DNA of 64,000 bases from Ginglymostoma cirratum (GCA_024137785.1 JAHRHZ010000110.1:124001-188000); one strand, 5' to 3'. Counted from the stretch's first letter, positions 49,905-61,293 are shown. Numbers and translations are program-made. Notes: generated from the letters alone by a model not told the origin.

Positions 49905-49995
49905 AACATGTTCAGATCTGTTATTACACACCTCTAGAGCAGCTCGAACTTGAACTCTGGTCTCCTACATCTGAGGTAGGAACACTATCACTGCC
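49905..49995 (-). mobile_element. Short tRNA-derived SINE
   Basis: Revcomp gcagtgatagtgttcctacctc...ccagagttcaag...ctagaggtgtgtaataaca. Confidence 0.55.
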
Positions 49996-50038
49996 TGAGT
50001 GGCATCTGATTTATTGTCAAGTGGGGTTTCATCATACT

Positions 50039-50123
50039 GGGTCGTTGGCCTTGTGGTCTGATTGTCACTTCAGCTAGATGTCGTCACTGCGAGAATTTGC
50101 AGGTTTGAATCCTGTATGAGGCT
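50039..50123 (+). pseudogene. tRNA-Pro-derived pseudogene with 13-nt intron-like insertion (anticodon CAG, probably from CGG)
   Basis: gggtcgttggccttgtggtctgattgtcacttcagc[tagatgtcgtcac]tgcgagaatttgcaggtttgaatcctgtatgaggct. Confidence 0.8.
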
Positions 50124-50244
50124 TTATTCCGTTTGACGTGTGTTTTATTTTAAATGTTTAGGAGAACATGGAGGCGGCTCTTTATGAAATCAATTTCAGA
50201 TTATAACCGGAAAGTGTTTTTGCTGTGAATGTATTACATGCATC

Positions 50245-50340
50245 CATTTCAACTGAGGAAGGAACCATACTCTGAAAGCTCCTGATTTCAGATAAATCTG
50301 ATGGTCTGTAACCTGGTGTCGTGTGACTTCTGACTTTATA
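50245..50340 (+). mobile_element. Short Penelope-derived repeat
   Basis: ctgaggaaggaacc...gaaagctc...taacctggtgtcgtgtgacttctgacttt. Confidence 0.7.
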
Positions 50341-51084
50341 TCACATTAGGACGAAAATGAATCAAGTTTTAAACGATGTCTGTTCATGGTAAACTGACTT
50401 CCTCATTGGTGATGATAAGCACTATATAAATACAATTATACCTCTTTTAACTGTCTTAAATGAAAGTACTCTGTTTACTTACCCTAGTCAACGGAAATAA
50501 TTTCTCACAATCAGCTTAATTAAACTATCAAACCCCATCGGTACCCACCCCCAAAATTATAAACGGCTGCAAAGTTGTCAGTTGTTAGATGGAAACATGG
50601 AAAGGAAACAAAACAGCTAACCCAGTCTCCAGCTTCGCAAATCTTTCATCACACTTTGTGATTCAGACTCAAGGGAAAGCAAAGGGTGAACTTTCTGATT
50701 GACCAGAATAAGTCAAGGCACCTTTCCCTACTTTAAGGCGTGGGGACGTTGATTTTGATGCTCTCAGTGTCATTACCTGATCTGAGACATTGCAATAATC
50801 AGAATTCAATGAAAAGATCAGGAATACCACATAAATCTCGGCTGTGGCACGATCAGATACTTGGGAACAGACAAGAAGTGGAAAGGCTCGAAGGGAGGTA
50901 GCCCTGGGTTCAGGAGAGCTGGCTTCTTGTGTCACGGATGTCTCTGCAGTGGGTGGGATCAGACTGTTTCCATGTCTCCACAATGAATGTCCCAGACTTT
51001 ATCTTGGAAAAGTAAAACTGGCAAAGGATTATTGCTATTCTTGTGATATCACAAAGTTAATCTGAAATTTCATTGTTCATCCCT

Positions 51085-51292
51085 CATTAATCCATAGGTA
51101 GAGGTGATGGACCACTTTCTTGATCTTCTTGGCATGTAAGTACAGCCACTTTGCCATTAGGGAAGAAATTCCAGGATTTGGACCCAGGTACATTGAAGGA
51201 ACAGTGGTGTGTTTCCAACTCAGAATGGTGAGATGCTTGGAGGGAGACGTGTGGGCGGTAGTTTTCCTGTGTATGTGTTGTCATTGTCCTTT
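51085..51292 (-). mobile_element. LINE (CR1-group) 3' fragment
   Basis: Revcomp reads ...PGSKSWNFFPN..., typical of an RT-LINE C-terminus. Confidence 0.55.
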
Positions 51293-52127
51293 TAGACTGA
51301 AGAAAACTCTCACTAGGTTGATTCTGGCAGATTCAGAGTGAATGTTCTCTTTGTAACCAGGAATTCTTTCTCCTTCAGAAAATTCAGATAAAAGAAAATA
51401 ATTTTCATTTCCTGAGTTTGAAATGTGCGTAGGTCTTGTTGATGCAAGCTCTGAATCCGAACGACTGGAATACCAGATATGCTGACAGTAACCCTTGCGA
51501 CCTGATTGAACATGGTTTTGTGTCATTTCTTCACATCAGAACCACCTTCGCCAGAATGTTTCTCTCCCTAAGCTTTGAAAAGGTTCATATTGTCACCCGA
51601 GTTTCAATGCAAAGAAAGTGGAGATGTGATAATCTGGTCTTGTTCAGCAGGCGTACTGCAGGAAGGTCGAGAACAAGTTGATGCCAACTGGGGCCTGTTT
51701 GGAGGCACTGAGCTGCAGTGAAAATGCAGCACCATTTAAGTTATTGTTCAACTTGTCTGATTTCAGGGTCCAGGCTATAAATGATCAGAAGCTTCTCATT
51801 GAATTTGTTCAGGGTCTTGACTCGAAGAGACAATCACTCAAAGCATGAGAATGTATTTCACTGGAGTGGATCATAAAATACTGGACTGACTGTGAGTAAA
51901 ACGATGGAAAGTTTCAGCAGAGAAACAGGCGGCACCGAAGCAGGCACCTGAGGACCAAAGTGTTTCCTTTGCCAGTGAAATTCACCGCTTCACAAAGTAG
52001 GGGCCGTTGTAATGAAGCAGTGACGGTGGTTACCTTTGCTGGTTGTTCACCTTGTGAATGTTACCATTGCTGTTCATGTCCCTGTTAATACCCCAACTCT
52101 GTAGCATGTTAACATTAGATGTGTAGA

Positions 52128-52199
52128 GAAATAGCGGTCCAACAGGTCACGCGCCTGGGTATGAATCAGGTGACTGTAGATTCATTCTTACCTGGCTGA
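52128..52199 (+). pseudogene. tRNA-Arg remnant
   Basis: acgcgcctgggtatgaatcagg...gtagattcattcttacctggct; syntenic with Arg at 32645. Confidence 0.55.
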
Positions 52200-52672
52200 A
52201 GCGCCATTTGCAACTTCTTTAAATTACCAACCTCATCATTTTCACTATTCTGATGCCCTGATCAGGTTTGAATCTGTTCTGCAGGAACTGGAATCCTTTC
52301 ACTTCCTCACATCAGTAAATATCACTGAGAATATTGGAGTCAGTGTCCCAGCGTCATCGGAGGAGGGGAACCTGAGTAGTACCACACATTGTTTCTTTCA
52401 CACCTTTTAACTTCCCAAACCACCCAATCACTGCGGGTCCTTGGAATGGAAACGAAACATAATTTAGAAATACACTAGTCTCAACTTTATGAATCTTTAG
52501 AACTGGGAATCAGAGGCGCATGAAGAGAGAACTGTCCGACTGAGCAAACACAGTCAAACTACCCTCCCTCCTTTAAGCGGCCAGCACATTCATTGATACG
52601 AAACATGAAAAGGGTTCCCGCCAGGCACTGCTCGGCCTTTGTTGCTGTCATTGTGAGGATAGTAAAGACTCA

Positions 52673-52744
52673 TCCCCTGAGCAGGCTTCGACTCCAGGCA
52701 ACAGTGGTGAAAATAGTGTACTCTAGCCACCAGGCCACCTGGGA
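52673..52744 (-). pseudogene. tRNA-Glu(TTC) pseudogene
   Basis: tcccctgagcaggcttcgactccagg...ggtgaaa...ctagccaccaggccacctggga. Confidence 0.75.
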
Positions 52745-53249
52745 GCAAACAGACCTGCGTCATTTCTTAATAACACAGCTTCTGGCTTTTTTTTTTTTGG
52801 TAATCAGTTGCTCCTGCAAAATGATGGCATCATTGAGTTTTTACAGCATGGAATGAGGCTGATCATCCCAGTTTCCAACACTTGGACTTTTAGTCTTATA
52901 TGCTCTCATGTTTCAAGTGTTCGTTTCAATGTTATTTACCCTGTAACATTTTAATCTCACATATGACTACCAATGAGACTGAAGTTTGAGATGTGAAAAC
53001 TGTGTTCATGCCCCTCGAGGAAATTAACCTCATTTTCACCCACAGCAGGAAACAAACAAGGATACCTTCCACGGAGAGTGCCAGAGGAATTTGGAGAGAG
53101 CAATCCCAGGAAGCAAAATTTCACTCTTTTGACTCTATTGTCCTATTTCAGACTTCAAAACTAGAATCTGTTCACAGCAACAAAAGGAAGCACTCGGCGT
53201 CTTCCCTGGGTTTGTGTTCCTCCCCCGTTGTTCACCTGTCAGTTTAGGA

Positions 53250-53372
53250 GATTGTAGGAACTGCAGACGCTGAAGAATCTGAGATAACAAGGTGTAGAGC
53301 TGGATGAACACAACAGGCCATGCAGCATCAGAGGAGCAGGAAGGCTGACGTTTCGGGCCTCGAACCTTCTTT
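53250..53372 (-). mobile_element. Penelope-like terminal repeat fragment
   Basis: ggaactgcagacgctgaagaatctgagataacaagg...gacgtttcgggcc. Confidence 0.75.
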
Positions 53373-53598
53373 GGCAGTTGAAAATTCTTCACCTCGCTCT
53401 TCCGGCCAAACGTCGCTCACGTCAGCTGCTCCCTGCCCTACCGAATCGTCTTCCTCAAGTAGGTGGAAGGACAAAGAGGAATGTGGAATTTCAAACACAT
53501 TTCTGGCCTGTGGAGGAAATGATAGTGTCACAATTTCAGATAACATTTAGATGGCTGCTTTCGATCTTGGAAGCAGCGGGTGTACAAAAAATGCCACA

Positions 53599-53672
53599 GG
53601 GCCCCTGCGAGATTTGAACTCACAACACCTGGTTTGACAAGATCACTGCTCTAACCACTGAGCAATGGAGCG
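53599..53672 (-). tRNA. tRNA-Thr(TGT) with 1-nt anticodon-loop insertion (probable pseudogene)
   Basis: gggcccctgcgagatttgaactcacaacacctggtttgacaagatcactgctctaaccactgagcaatggagc; B-box intact. Confidence 0.85.
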
Positions 53673-54289
53673 AGTCACAACACAGACGAAAGAGCATCTC
53701 ATGTATTAGAAATGACAAAGTGATAGATAATTGGATACCTTGTGTGTTGTGAACCAAGATGGAACAAAACCGAAACAGAGCAGATGGGCATCACGTGCAG
53801 AAAGACTGGAGAATGCAAGGCCGAATCAGACAGTGTCATGAGTGACATAAACAGATCTTTCCTGGTATTCCAGTGAGTACGATTCAGTGTCTTCACTGCC
53901 ATAGCCTGTTAATGGTTGTCATTTACAGTTTTAAATACGAAATATTGACTGATCTTCAGAAGCAGAATTATGTCATTGACCAGTCAAAATCGATTCACTC
54001 CATGTTCCAGGTCCACATCAGCAATGCCAGCTGCAACTGCCTGACGTGCAATCAGTTTAAAACAACAATAGAGGGAAGGTCAGGAAAAGAGAAGGGCAAC
54101 GGTAGTTTGTGAGAGTTGACTGTAGGCCGAGTGGAGCCAGGCTCAATGTGAGTGCTGGAGACCAGTCTTCACTGTTTACCCTGGTATACTGATCACATTG
54201 GATCAATCAAACAAGGACTGTTCTTTGTATGTTGTCCTTTGCACATCACAACTCGGTTCAGTGCCTCGAGGGGTTCGGAAACTTTTAAT

Positions 54290-55110
54290 TTGGCAACGAA
54301 CTCAGGTCAGTGGTCCACAAATTAAGCTGCGTTCGTACACTATTTAAACGGGCCACCACCCATTGCAACGACCCAGAACTATGCAGAAAGAGGAAGAGCA
54401 CCAATACAAAATCTTCGCTTTGAACGGGTATCCCTGCAATTTCATTCGCAGGTGCCTACTAAATCGCAACACGAAGAGGACACATTATGGCCTAACACAC
54501 TGGCTACACTGCCGTACATCAAGAACATATCAGAACTGACAACTCCTATGACCACTAGGAATTACAGTCGCACACAAGCCCACAGCCATGTTACGATATA
54601 CACTCACAAGGATTAAATACCCCATACCCACGACATGAAGAACCGACATAGTTCACAAAATCCCGTGCAACGACTGCCACAAACATTATATCAGAGAGAC
54701 AGGAAGGAAACTAGCCATCAGAATACATGAACATCAGCTATCATCAAAATGACACGACGAACATTCCCTATTATCATTCTACTCGGATAATGAAGGCCAT
54801 CAGTTTAACTGGGAAAACATAACCGTGGTAGCCCAAGCCAAATGTCGACACACATGGGAATTCCTAGAGGCATGGTTCTCAATCCATAATGCAGGCAGCA
54901 AACATATAGAATTGGACCCCAAATAGAACCCACACAGAACAGACTGGGAGATGACAGAACTCGCCGCAACAGACCGGACAGTATAAATTCCAAGTGGAGT
55001 AGAACAACATCGCTTCATCGGAAGTCTCACTCATGATGTCACCTAGCATGGTGAGGAAACGTCTGAATTAAAACAAGCCAGCTGGGCGAGAAAATTAACC
55101 ACCTCAACTT
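54290..55110 (+). mobile_element. Penelope-like element 3' part, degenerate
   Basis: cgggtatccctgcaatttcattcgc, ATLPYIKNISEL, HKIPCNDCHKHY...ETGRKLAIRIHEH; degenerate terminal hammerhead at about 55027-55066. Confidence 0.88.
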
Positions 55111-55464
55111 TACCGTTTAATGTGTGGCTCAGTGTCAGTCCTTGTGATATTATACACATACTGTTCTACCCATTTATTCTGCCATACACAAGGTTCCCCA
55201 ACAAAAGGCAGCTTTTCGTGGATCACAAGCAGTTTCTCCTGACAATGGGCACCGTTGCCGTGAGCTGGGATATGAAACAGTCAGTGAGCTGAAGTAGCCC
55301 CACACTCATGATACAGTTACCTTTAAATTTCAATTTTCAATTTCCAAAACCCAGCGATCCAATCACTTCAGCTGCTGGGAATCTGACAAAAACAGCGCTG
55401 GGCACACATTCCTCTTCGGAAGCATCTGTCAATTTGCAAGGGTAGAAAAGCTGTCAACCTCACT

Positions 55465-55536
55465 CGAGAGAGGGAGGATACAACATTTCAATGTCCACAC
55501 CGAAGTTAGACGCCGTATCAATTACACCACTGGTTC
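55465..55536 (-). pseudogene. tRNA-Arg(TCG) pseudogene
   Basis: Revcomp gaaccagtggtgtaattgatacggcgtctaacttcgg. Confidence 0.7.
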
Positions 55537-55799
55537 CAAACGTCTTGCTGCATCTTTCATCTAATCGATTTGTGATGTAATCAAAGATACTGGCGGAAAA
55601 AGCATTTGCAAGGTGAATATCCAGCAAAATAATCACCGTCACTGCTGCACTTCAATGTTCTCCACTATGTGAAGCGTTGAATTTCACTGGCAAACGAAAC
55701 ACATTTGATATTATATGCCTGCTTCACTGTCACCCGTTTCCCTGCCACCTGCTTCTCTGCTGAAATTGCCATTGTTTTATTCACAGTCATTGCAAAGTT

Positions 55800-56262
55800 C
55801 TGTCTCTCGTATCACTTTTTAAAAAATTATCTCCTCAGAACTTAAAAATGTCCCCTACTCTTGAAATTTCCCATCCTAGTGGAAAAACAACGACCATTAG
55901 TATTATCTACTTGTCTGTTTATTTTATAACCTTCTGTCAGGTCGCCTCTCAACCTCCGAAGCAGCAACGAAAAAGTGCAAGTATGTCCAAAGTGTCTTTA
56001 TAATCAAACCTTTCATACCAGTCAACATCCTGGTAAACCTCTTCATAACACCCGGCAGCTTCGTACTATGCCGCCTGTAATTGTGCAACAGAAACTGCAC
56101 ACTGTATTTCAGAAGAGGCCTCCTGTACAAACTCAATATAACTTTCCAACTCCTAAACTGAAACGATTGAGCAATGAAGTAGGGTGTGACAAAAGCCTGT
56201 TTAACTTCTCTATCTATATGTGATGTAAACTTCAAAGAAGTATGTACCAGCACCCCTAGGTC
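55800..56262 (-). mobile_element. CR1 RT C-terminal fragment
   Basis: DLGVLVHTSLK...RPLLKYSVQF...KRFTRML. Confidence 0.85.
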
Positions 56263-56440
56263 CAAAAGGAGGCACCTTAAGAGTGAGACAACGTCTGTGG
56301 GCAGGTGCGGAATAGTCATGAATTTCTTTGACTCCACGTCTAAAGAAATTTATTGTACACGTGCGGCTGAATAAGATCGGCAATTATAAGAACTATAAAT
56401 GAAACTGAACTTTTTTTTCAATTAGAAAGAAAAGCTACAC

Positions 56441-56521
56441 CCTCTCGAGTCGGAAGGAAACCGTCGCTCCGAGACGCAATTCCTGCTTTCACATGGTGCC
56501 TTGACGATTCGACCACATTCC
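56441..56521 (-). pseudogene. Possible tRNA-Leu(CAG/CAA-type) remnant
   Basis: tggtgccttgacgattcgaccac resembles revcomp Leu 5' half; gagtcggaaggaaacc resembles the T-arm. Confidence 0.35.
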
Positions 56522-57002
56522 AATGATGTTAGGAACATTTCATACTCTCCGAACTCCACCCAAGAAATCCACAAACAAGGCTCTGTCTCTTTGCGTTTTG
56601 AACCCTCCCTTCCTCTCAGCAGGTCTTTATTTTAAGCTGGTAAAAATTATGACCAAATTTGAACGTAACATTCGCACGGTTCAATGAGATAAATCTAATT
56701 CCTTTTTGAATGTTTAAATGACCCGTGGCGTTTGCATCAAATTGAATGAATTGAAGCGAGTTAAATAGCTTTTCCCTGCAACTTAACTCAATTTTGAATA
56801 ACCATATGAGAAATGTTTGCGATCTGAAAAGAAATCATCTTTTATTTTCTCTCCGCAATTTTTTTTTTCACATTTTGAACATTTCCAAGACGTTTGTCGA
56901 TCTTTGAGTCAATTCTAAATCCTCAGAAACTGGCAATTTCCAAGAAACCTTGTTCAAAATTGACTTTGCACCTTAGCGTCTTTTCCCTCGAAAAATTAAA
57001 AC

Positions 57003-57098
57003 TGCGCCAGCAGAGAGGTGGACTCACAACTTCGGCATTACACACGCCTCTACACCGTCATATAAACACTGTGGGCTAACCGACTGCGCCAGTGGAGC
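57003..57098 (-). pseudogene. Intron-containing tRNA-Ile(TAT) pseudogene
   Basis: Revcomp gctccactggcgcagtcggttagcccacagtgtttata[tgacggtgtagaggcgtgtgta]atgccgaagttgtgagtcc. Confidence 0.85.
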
Positions 57099-57319
57099 GA
57101 CACACGCTGAATATTTCCTATTATTCCTTATCGGTTGGCAAATCAACTGTGAACTGGGATTAAATGATTCTCTTCACAAGTGGTTTCTGACTTTTTTGAG
57201 TAAATTACTGATCTACGGAGTGCTAAACTGGATTTATTGCTGCTTTACACATTTTCAGCATTTTTTTACAGTGTTCCCTGAGACTTTGATGCCTCCAGCC
57301 TGTAGAAATCTGTCAATCA

Positions 57320-57770
57320 CGTTCTTGCCAGGGTTGCGCGGTTTGGACTGTAGGGCGAATCTGAATAGGCCGGGCGAAATTTCTTTGCAAGGTTGGAGGA
57401 TGACGACTTCGAGAAGTTTTTAAAATCATGAAGGTTATGAACAGGGTGAATGGTCGAGGTATTTTTTCAACGACTGGGCGAGTACAAAACTGCAGGGCAT
57501 ATATTTAAGGTGAGAGGGGAAAAATGAAATGGAAACAGAGGGGCATTTTTCTTGCAGAAGGTAGTGTGTGAATGGAATGAACTAACAGAGGAAGTTCTGG
57601 AGGCTGGTGAAATGACAGCATTGCAAGGGCATCTGGACGCATGCATGAATCAGAAGGGTTTAGATGGACAAGGGCCAAATGCTGGTAAAATGGGTTTAAA
57701 TTAATTTGGGATATCTGGTCAGCATGGTGCACCAAAGCGTCTGCTTTCGTGCTGGACATCCTGACGACGC
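57320..57770 (+). mobile_element. CR1 3' fragment
   Basis: gttcttgccagggttg...gaagtttttaaaatcatga...gggcatatatttaaggtgagaggg. Confidence 0.8.
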
Positions 57771-57823
57771 CACAGTTGCTGACCCCAAGTTTAACCATTT
57801 GTTTGCACATCTAGCTGGAGCCT

Positions 57824-57896
57824 GTCTCTGTGGCGTAATTGTTTAGCACATTCAGCGGTTCAGTGAAAGGTTGGTTGCTCGAACCCACCCAGAAGC
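57824..57896 (+). pseudogene. tRNA-Asn(GTT) pseudogene
   Basis: gtctctgtggcgtaattgtttagcacattcagcggttcagtgaaaggttggttgctcgaacccacccag. Confidence 0.87.
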
Positions 57897-58740
57897 AAAA
57901 GGGCTACTTTGCTTTTAACCCCGATGACCATTCTCCGTGACAATTCCTTCGTGAGAATTTTGGCTGCAAGAGGATAACCGTGTTAGCCCCTCAGGAATCT
58001 AACGAAGCGCCAAACAGGCAGGTCTTAACGGGCAACCAAAGCAGGAATTACAAGGCGAATGCAGTTGCGGTCACACCAAAGCATGAATGCTGTCTGTGAG
58101 ACGCCTCAACTTGTCTGTGTCACGCACTGTGGGCGAAAATGGCCGCGGGTCAATTCCAAACTGCGCTTCCAATTATACCGGGAGTTTCGTCCAACGCCAC
58201 TTCCCGGAAAGTGCTCAGATAAGGCAAAAAAAGAACAGAGTTAGAATGACCCATGAAAAGTGACGATTAGCAACACAGTCTCGAAGAGCTGGGTTTCCCT
58301 TCTGATCCACAATGGAGGCGTGCCTGCACGGCAATGATTGCACAGGATCGAGAAGGCTGCTCATCAGTTCCCTTTTCCTCTACAGAAATAAAGGAAATTA
58401 GAGAAAATTAACAAAATGTCTCATCGAAATTACTCTCCTTTTCGCCACAACAGCAAATAACTGTGATTTGAATTCATGCAGGATTTGATTTCACAGCAGC
58501 AGTGGTATGACAATCCCCATTCGCTCTCAGTGAACAGGATGTGCAACGTAACTTGCCTGGAACATGAAGCAGCAGTGCAGACTGCTGTTCACGATATCAT
58601 GCTGGGTGCATTCCATGCCACTGCACCCTGGAAACATGACTTGGACGCTGACCCGATGGATGTTCTGCGCTGTCCCACATCAAAGACCAGTTTGCCAGCA
58701 GCAAAGCCATTTGGTTGCGTTCAACTTAAACGCACTCGTC

Positions 58741-58822
58741 CCAACCATGCTTCCTCACAACCCACCCCTCGTCAATGATTGAAACCTCAATCCAGCGCCT
58801 AAGACCATGATGAGCCGTTATC
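58741..58822 (-). pseudogene. tRNA-Leu-derived pseudogene, anticodon GAG
   Basis: aacccacccctc...gattgaaacctcaatccagcgcctaagacc. Confidence 0.7.
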
Positions 58823-59659
58823 TCAGAAATGACATCCTCCGATGTTGCTATTGCAACACTACAACAGCGAAGGCACAGGGAAAGGATTCGAAGATCCCTA
58901 TCCCGCTCGTACATTTTCTTAAATGCTCAGGTATGCCTGGTTACAAAATCAATTTCCCACAAGATGCTGATAGCCCATCCATCAAAACAAACAACAATAT
59001 AAAGGTGAATCTCTGTCGTGAGACTTGGTCGAACAACAAATATAATGCATCTGTGAGAAACTGTATGTGGTTCTGCTTCGGTAAAGAAAATATGAACTGT
59101 ATAGCATTTCTGAAACTTAGATTTTCACTTTGGAGAATGATTTCGCTCATTGCTTGAAACAGGGCATTTACAAGTCGCATTTACAAGTATAATTAAGAAA
59201 TAAAGAGAATAAAGGCCTTTCCTTACATTTGAACATATGTTAAAATATGCACCATTCCAAAAGTTTACAACGTGCACAAGATTGGAACCAGTGGAAGACG
59301 ATAAAGGGCACTGGCACATTCTTGTAATTAATATATTGGAGAAACAGGAAGATCTTCCCTTTTTACTGCCATTTGTAAACTTATCACTTTCTGCCTAACA
59401 TTCCCATTCCTTGCTTTCCACTTAAAGCTTGAATTACCATCAGTCTAAATTTACACCAAGCAGCTACTTAATCTGATAACTCGACAGGCAGAGGGAAGTC
59501 GACTTAAATTCGAGACTGAAGCGGGCAGCGAATCCGAAAGTAGGTAAATTGACATCAAATATGACAACCCAGAAAAAAAAAATCAAATAGTTCGAACGGA
59601 TAAGCTTGACGCATTGAATAAGTTGCAGGAGCCACAGTAAATCATATGGTTCATTCTAT

Positions 59660-60230
59660 CCACTCCAAAATTCCACGAGATCTTGGATAATCTGATAATC
59701 CGGAGAGGCGATTTCCATGCCTTGTCCACTTAATCCTTCATACTCTTAATCATTAAAAATTTATATTTGAGGTTTGATTATACTTATCGACCCTCCCTAA
59801 CAGCCCTCTGTAGTAAAGAATTCCGCAGATTCATACCCCCTGAGAGAAAATGAATCTTCCTCGTCTCTGTCCTAAGTGGGTAACTCCTCAGACTGAGATG
59901 ATGCCTCTGTTCCTAAACTCTTCCACACGGAGGAAACATCCTCCCCACATGTAGCTTTTCAAGCCCCCTAAGAATATTAACTGTTTCAATGCAGTCGTCA
60001 TTCATTCTCTCAAACTCCAATGGGTTCAGGCCGACTCAGTCTCTCCTCACATGAAAATCCCTCTACACACCAGAGAAAGTAGTTAACCTTCCCTTCACTG
60101 ACCAAATGCTAACGTATCTTTCTTTAGATGTGGGTTCCAAAGCTGTTCACTGTATTCTGGCTGTAAATTGTATAACTGTAACAATTCTTTTCTATATTAA
60201 TTGTCTATTTTCTTTGAAATACAGGCTGTA
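59660..60230 (-). mobile_element. CR1 3' fragment
   Basis: Inverted paralog of 36560-37140. Confidence 0.75.
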
Positions 60231-60997
60231 TTAAAGTTGAAATTCGTCACCTGATGAAGGTGCAGCTCTCCGACTGCTTTTGATTTCAAATAAACCTGTT
60301 GTACTATTGACTTCTGACTCATTATTTAGCTTCTTAATTATTTTTGTGTCATCCACATTGTTGATAATGATGGATCACTTCCATCATGTGAGTCATTGGT
60401 TGTGTCTTGGGAGGGGGGGGTAAATGATTGATGTGAAATGATGTTGAAACTCCCATGATTCACCAAACTGGAAGAATTCAGAATTACGTGCCTGATGCTG
60501 TAGTGTCTTCGTCTCGACTGCAAAACCGTCCCTGGTCAATGAATTTTGTCTTACTTGCTTTGTGCATATTTTCTGAAGGAAGGTGACTTGCAAAGTGTCT
60601 GAAAAATATATGGTCATACTAGTTCTGGCAGAATCAGTGTACTGAGAGTTCAACTTTCACATCAGAGCTGAAGATCCCAGTTAGACAATAGATCGAGGAA
60701 TGACACGGAAGAGAGGCTTTGGAGTGAAAGAGGAGGAAAAGCGAGGGACGTGAAATGTTGAAAAGCAGCACATGGGATCTGTCTCAAGAGTTGGAGATCG
60801 AAGGCTCAATTGTGGGTGCTAATTGGTCATATTTTCTGCCTGCTGTTTGAGTGGACTCACACAGCAGTCCTGTTTTAACAATTACAACTCGCTTCAATTC
60901 AAAACGTTCATGAATGTTGCTGTCCCAGAATGGTTCAATTATTCGCCGAGTGAGAGACGCCCTTGGTTTCTGGGTTATTGTCATTTCCTCAGACCTT

Positions 60998-61293
60998 TAC
61001 ATAGAAGCCTTACGATGTGGAAACAGGCCCTTCGGCTTAACAATCCACACTGGCCCTCGGTGTATCCTACCTCTATAACTCACCTAATCTACACATCGCT
61101 GATCTCCACGGGCTATTTAGCATGGCCAATCCACCTAGCTGGCACATCTTGGGACTTTGCGAAGAAACCGGACAACACCCATGCAGACGCAGGGAGAATG
61201 CGAAAACTCCGCAGAGAGAGTCACCCGACGGTGGAATCAAACCTGGATACCTGTTGCGGTGAGGCAACAGTGCTAATCGCTGAGCCACCATGC
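60998..61293 (-). mobile_element. HE1-type SINE, present only in the right arm
   Basis: Revcomp ggtggctcagcgattagcactgttgcctcac...ggtttgattcc...gcggagttttcgcattctccctgcgtctgcatggg. Confidence 0.88.

Larger units (their letters stand above)
48560..50123 (-). repeat. Right arm of ~1.5-kb inverted duplication (partner 45197-46660)
   Basis: Reverse-complement colinearity with the left arm, interrupted by an HE1 SINE. Confidence 0.85.
51950..53600 (+). repeat. Direct paralog of the Arg-Glu-Thr cassette at about 32460-34030
   Basis: ggggcc.ttg.a.tgaa.cagtga, actgaagtttgaga, aacctcattttcaccca, gaaatga shared in order. Confidence 0.8.

Noticed and set aside
50039-50123. Possible selenocysteine tRNA (long, with cttca)
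   Set aside because: Both halves align to tRNA-Pro, and the extra length is in the anticodon loop, not the variable arm.
51410-51475. Gln-like tRNA pieces (ctgagtttgaaat, ctctgaatcc)
   Set aside because: Pieces are in the wrong order and too short.
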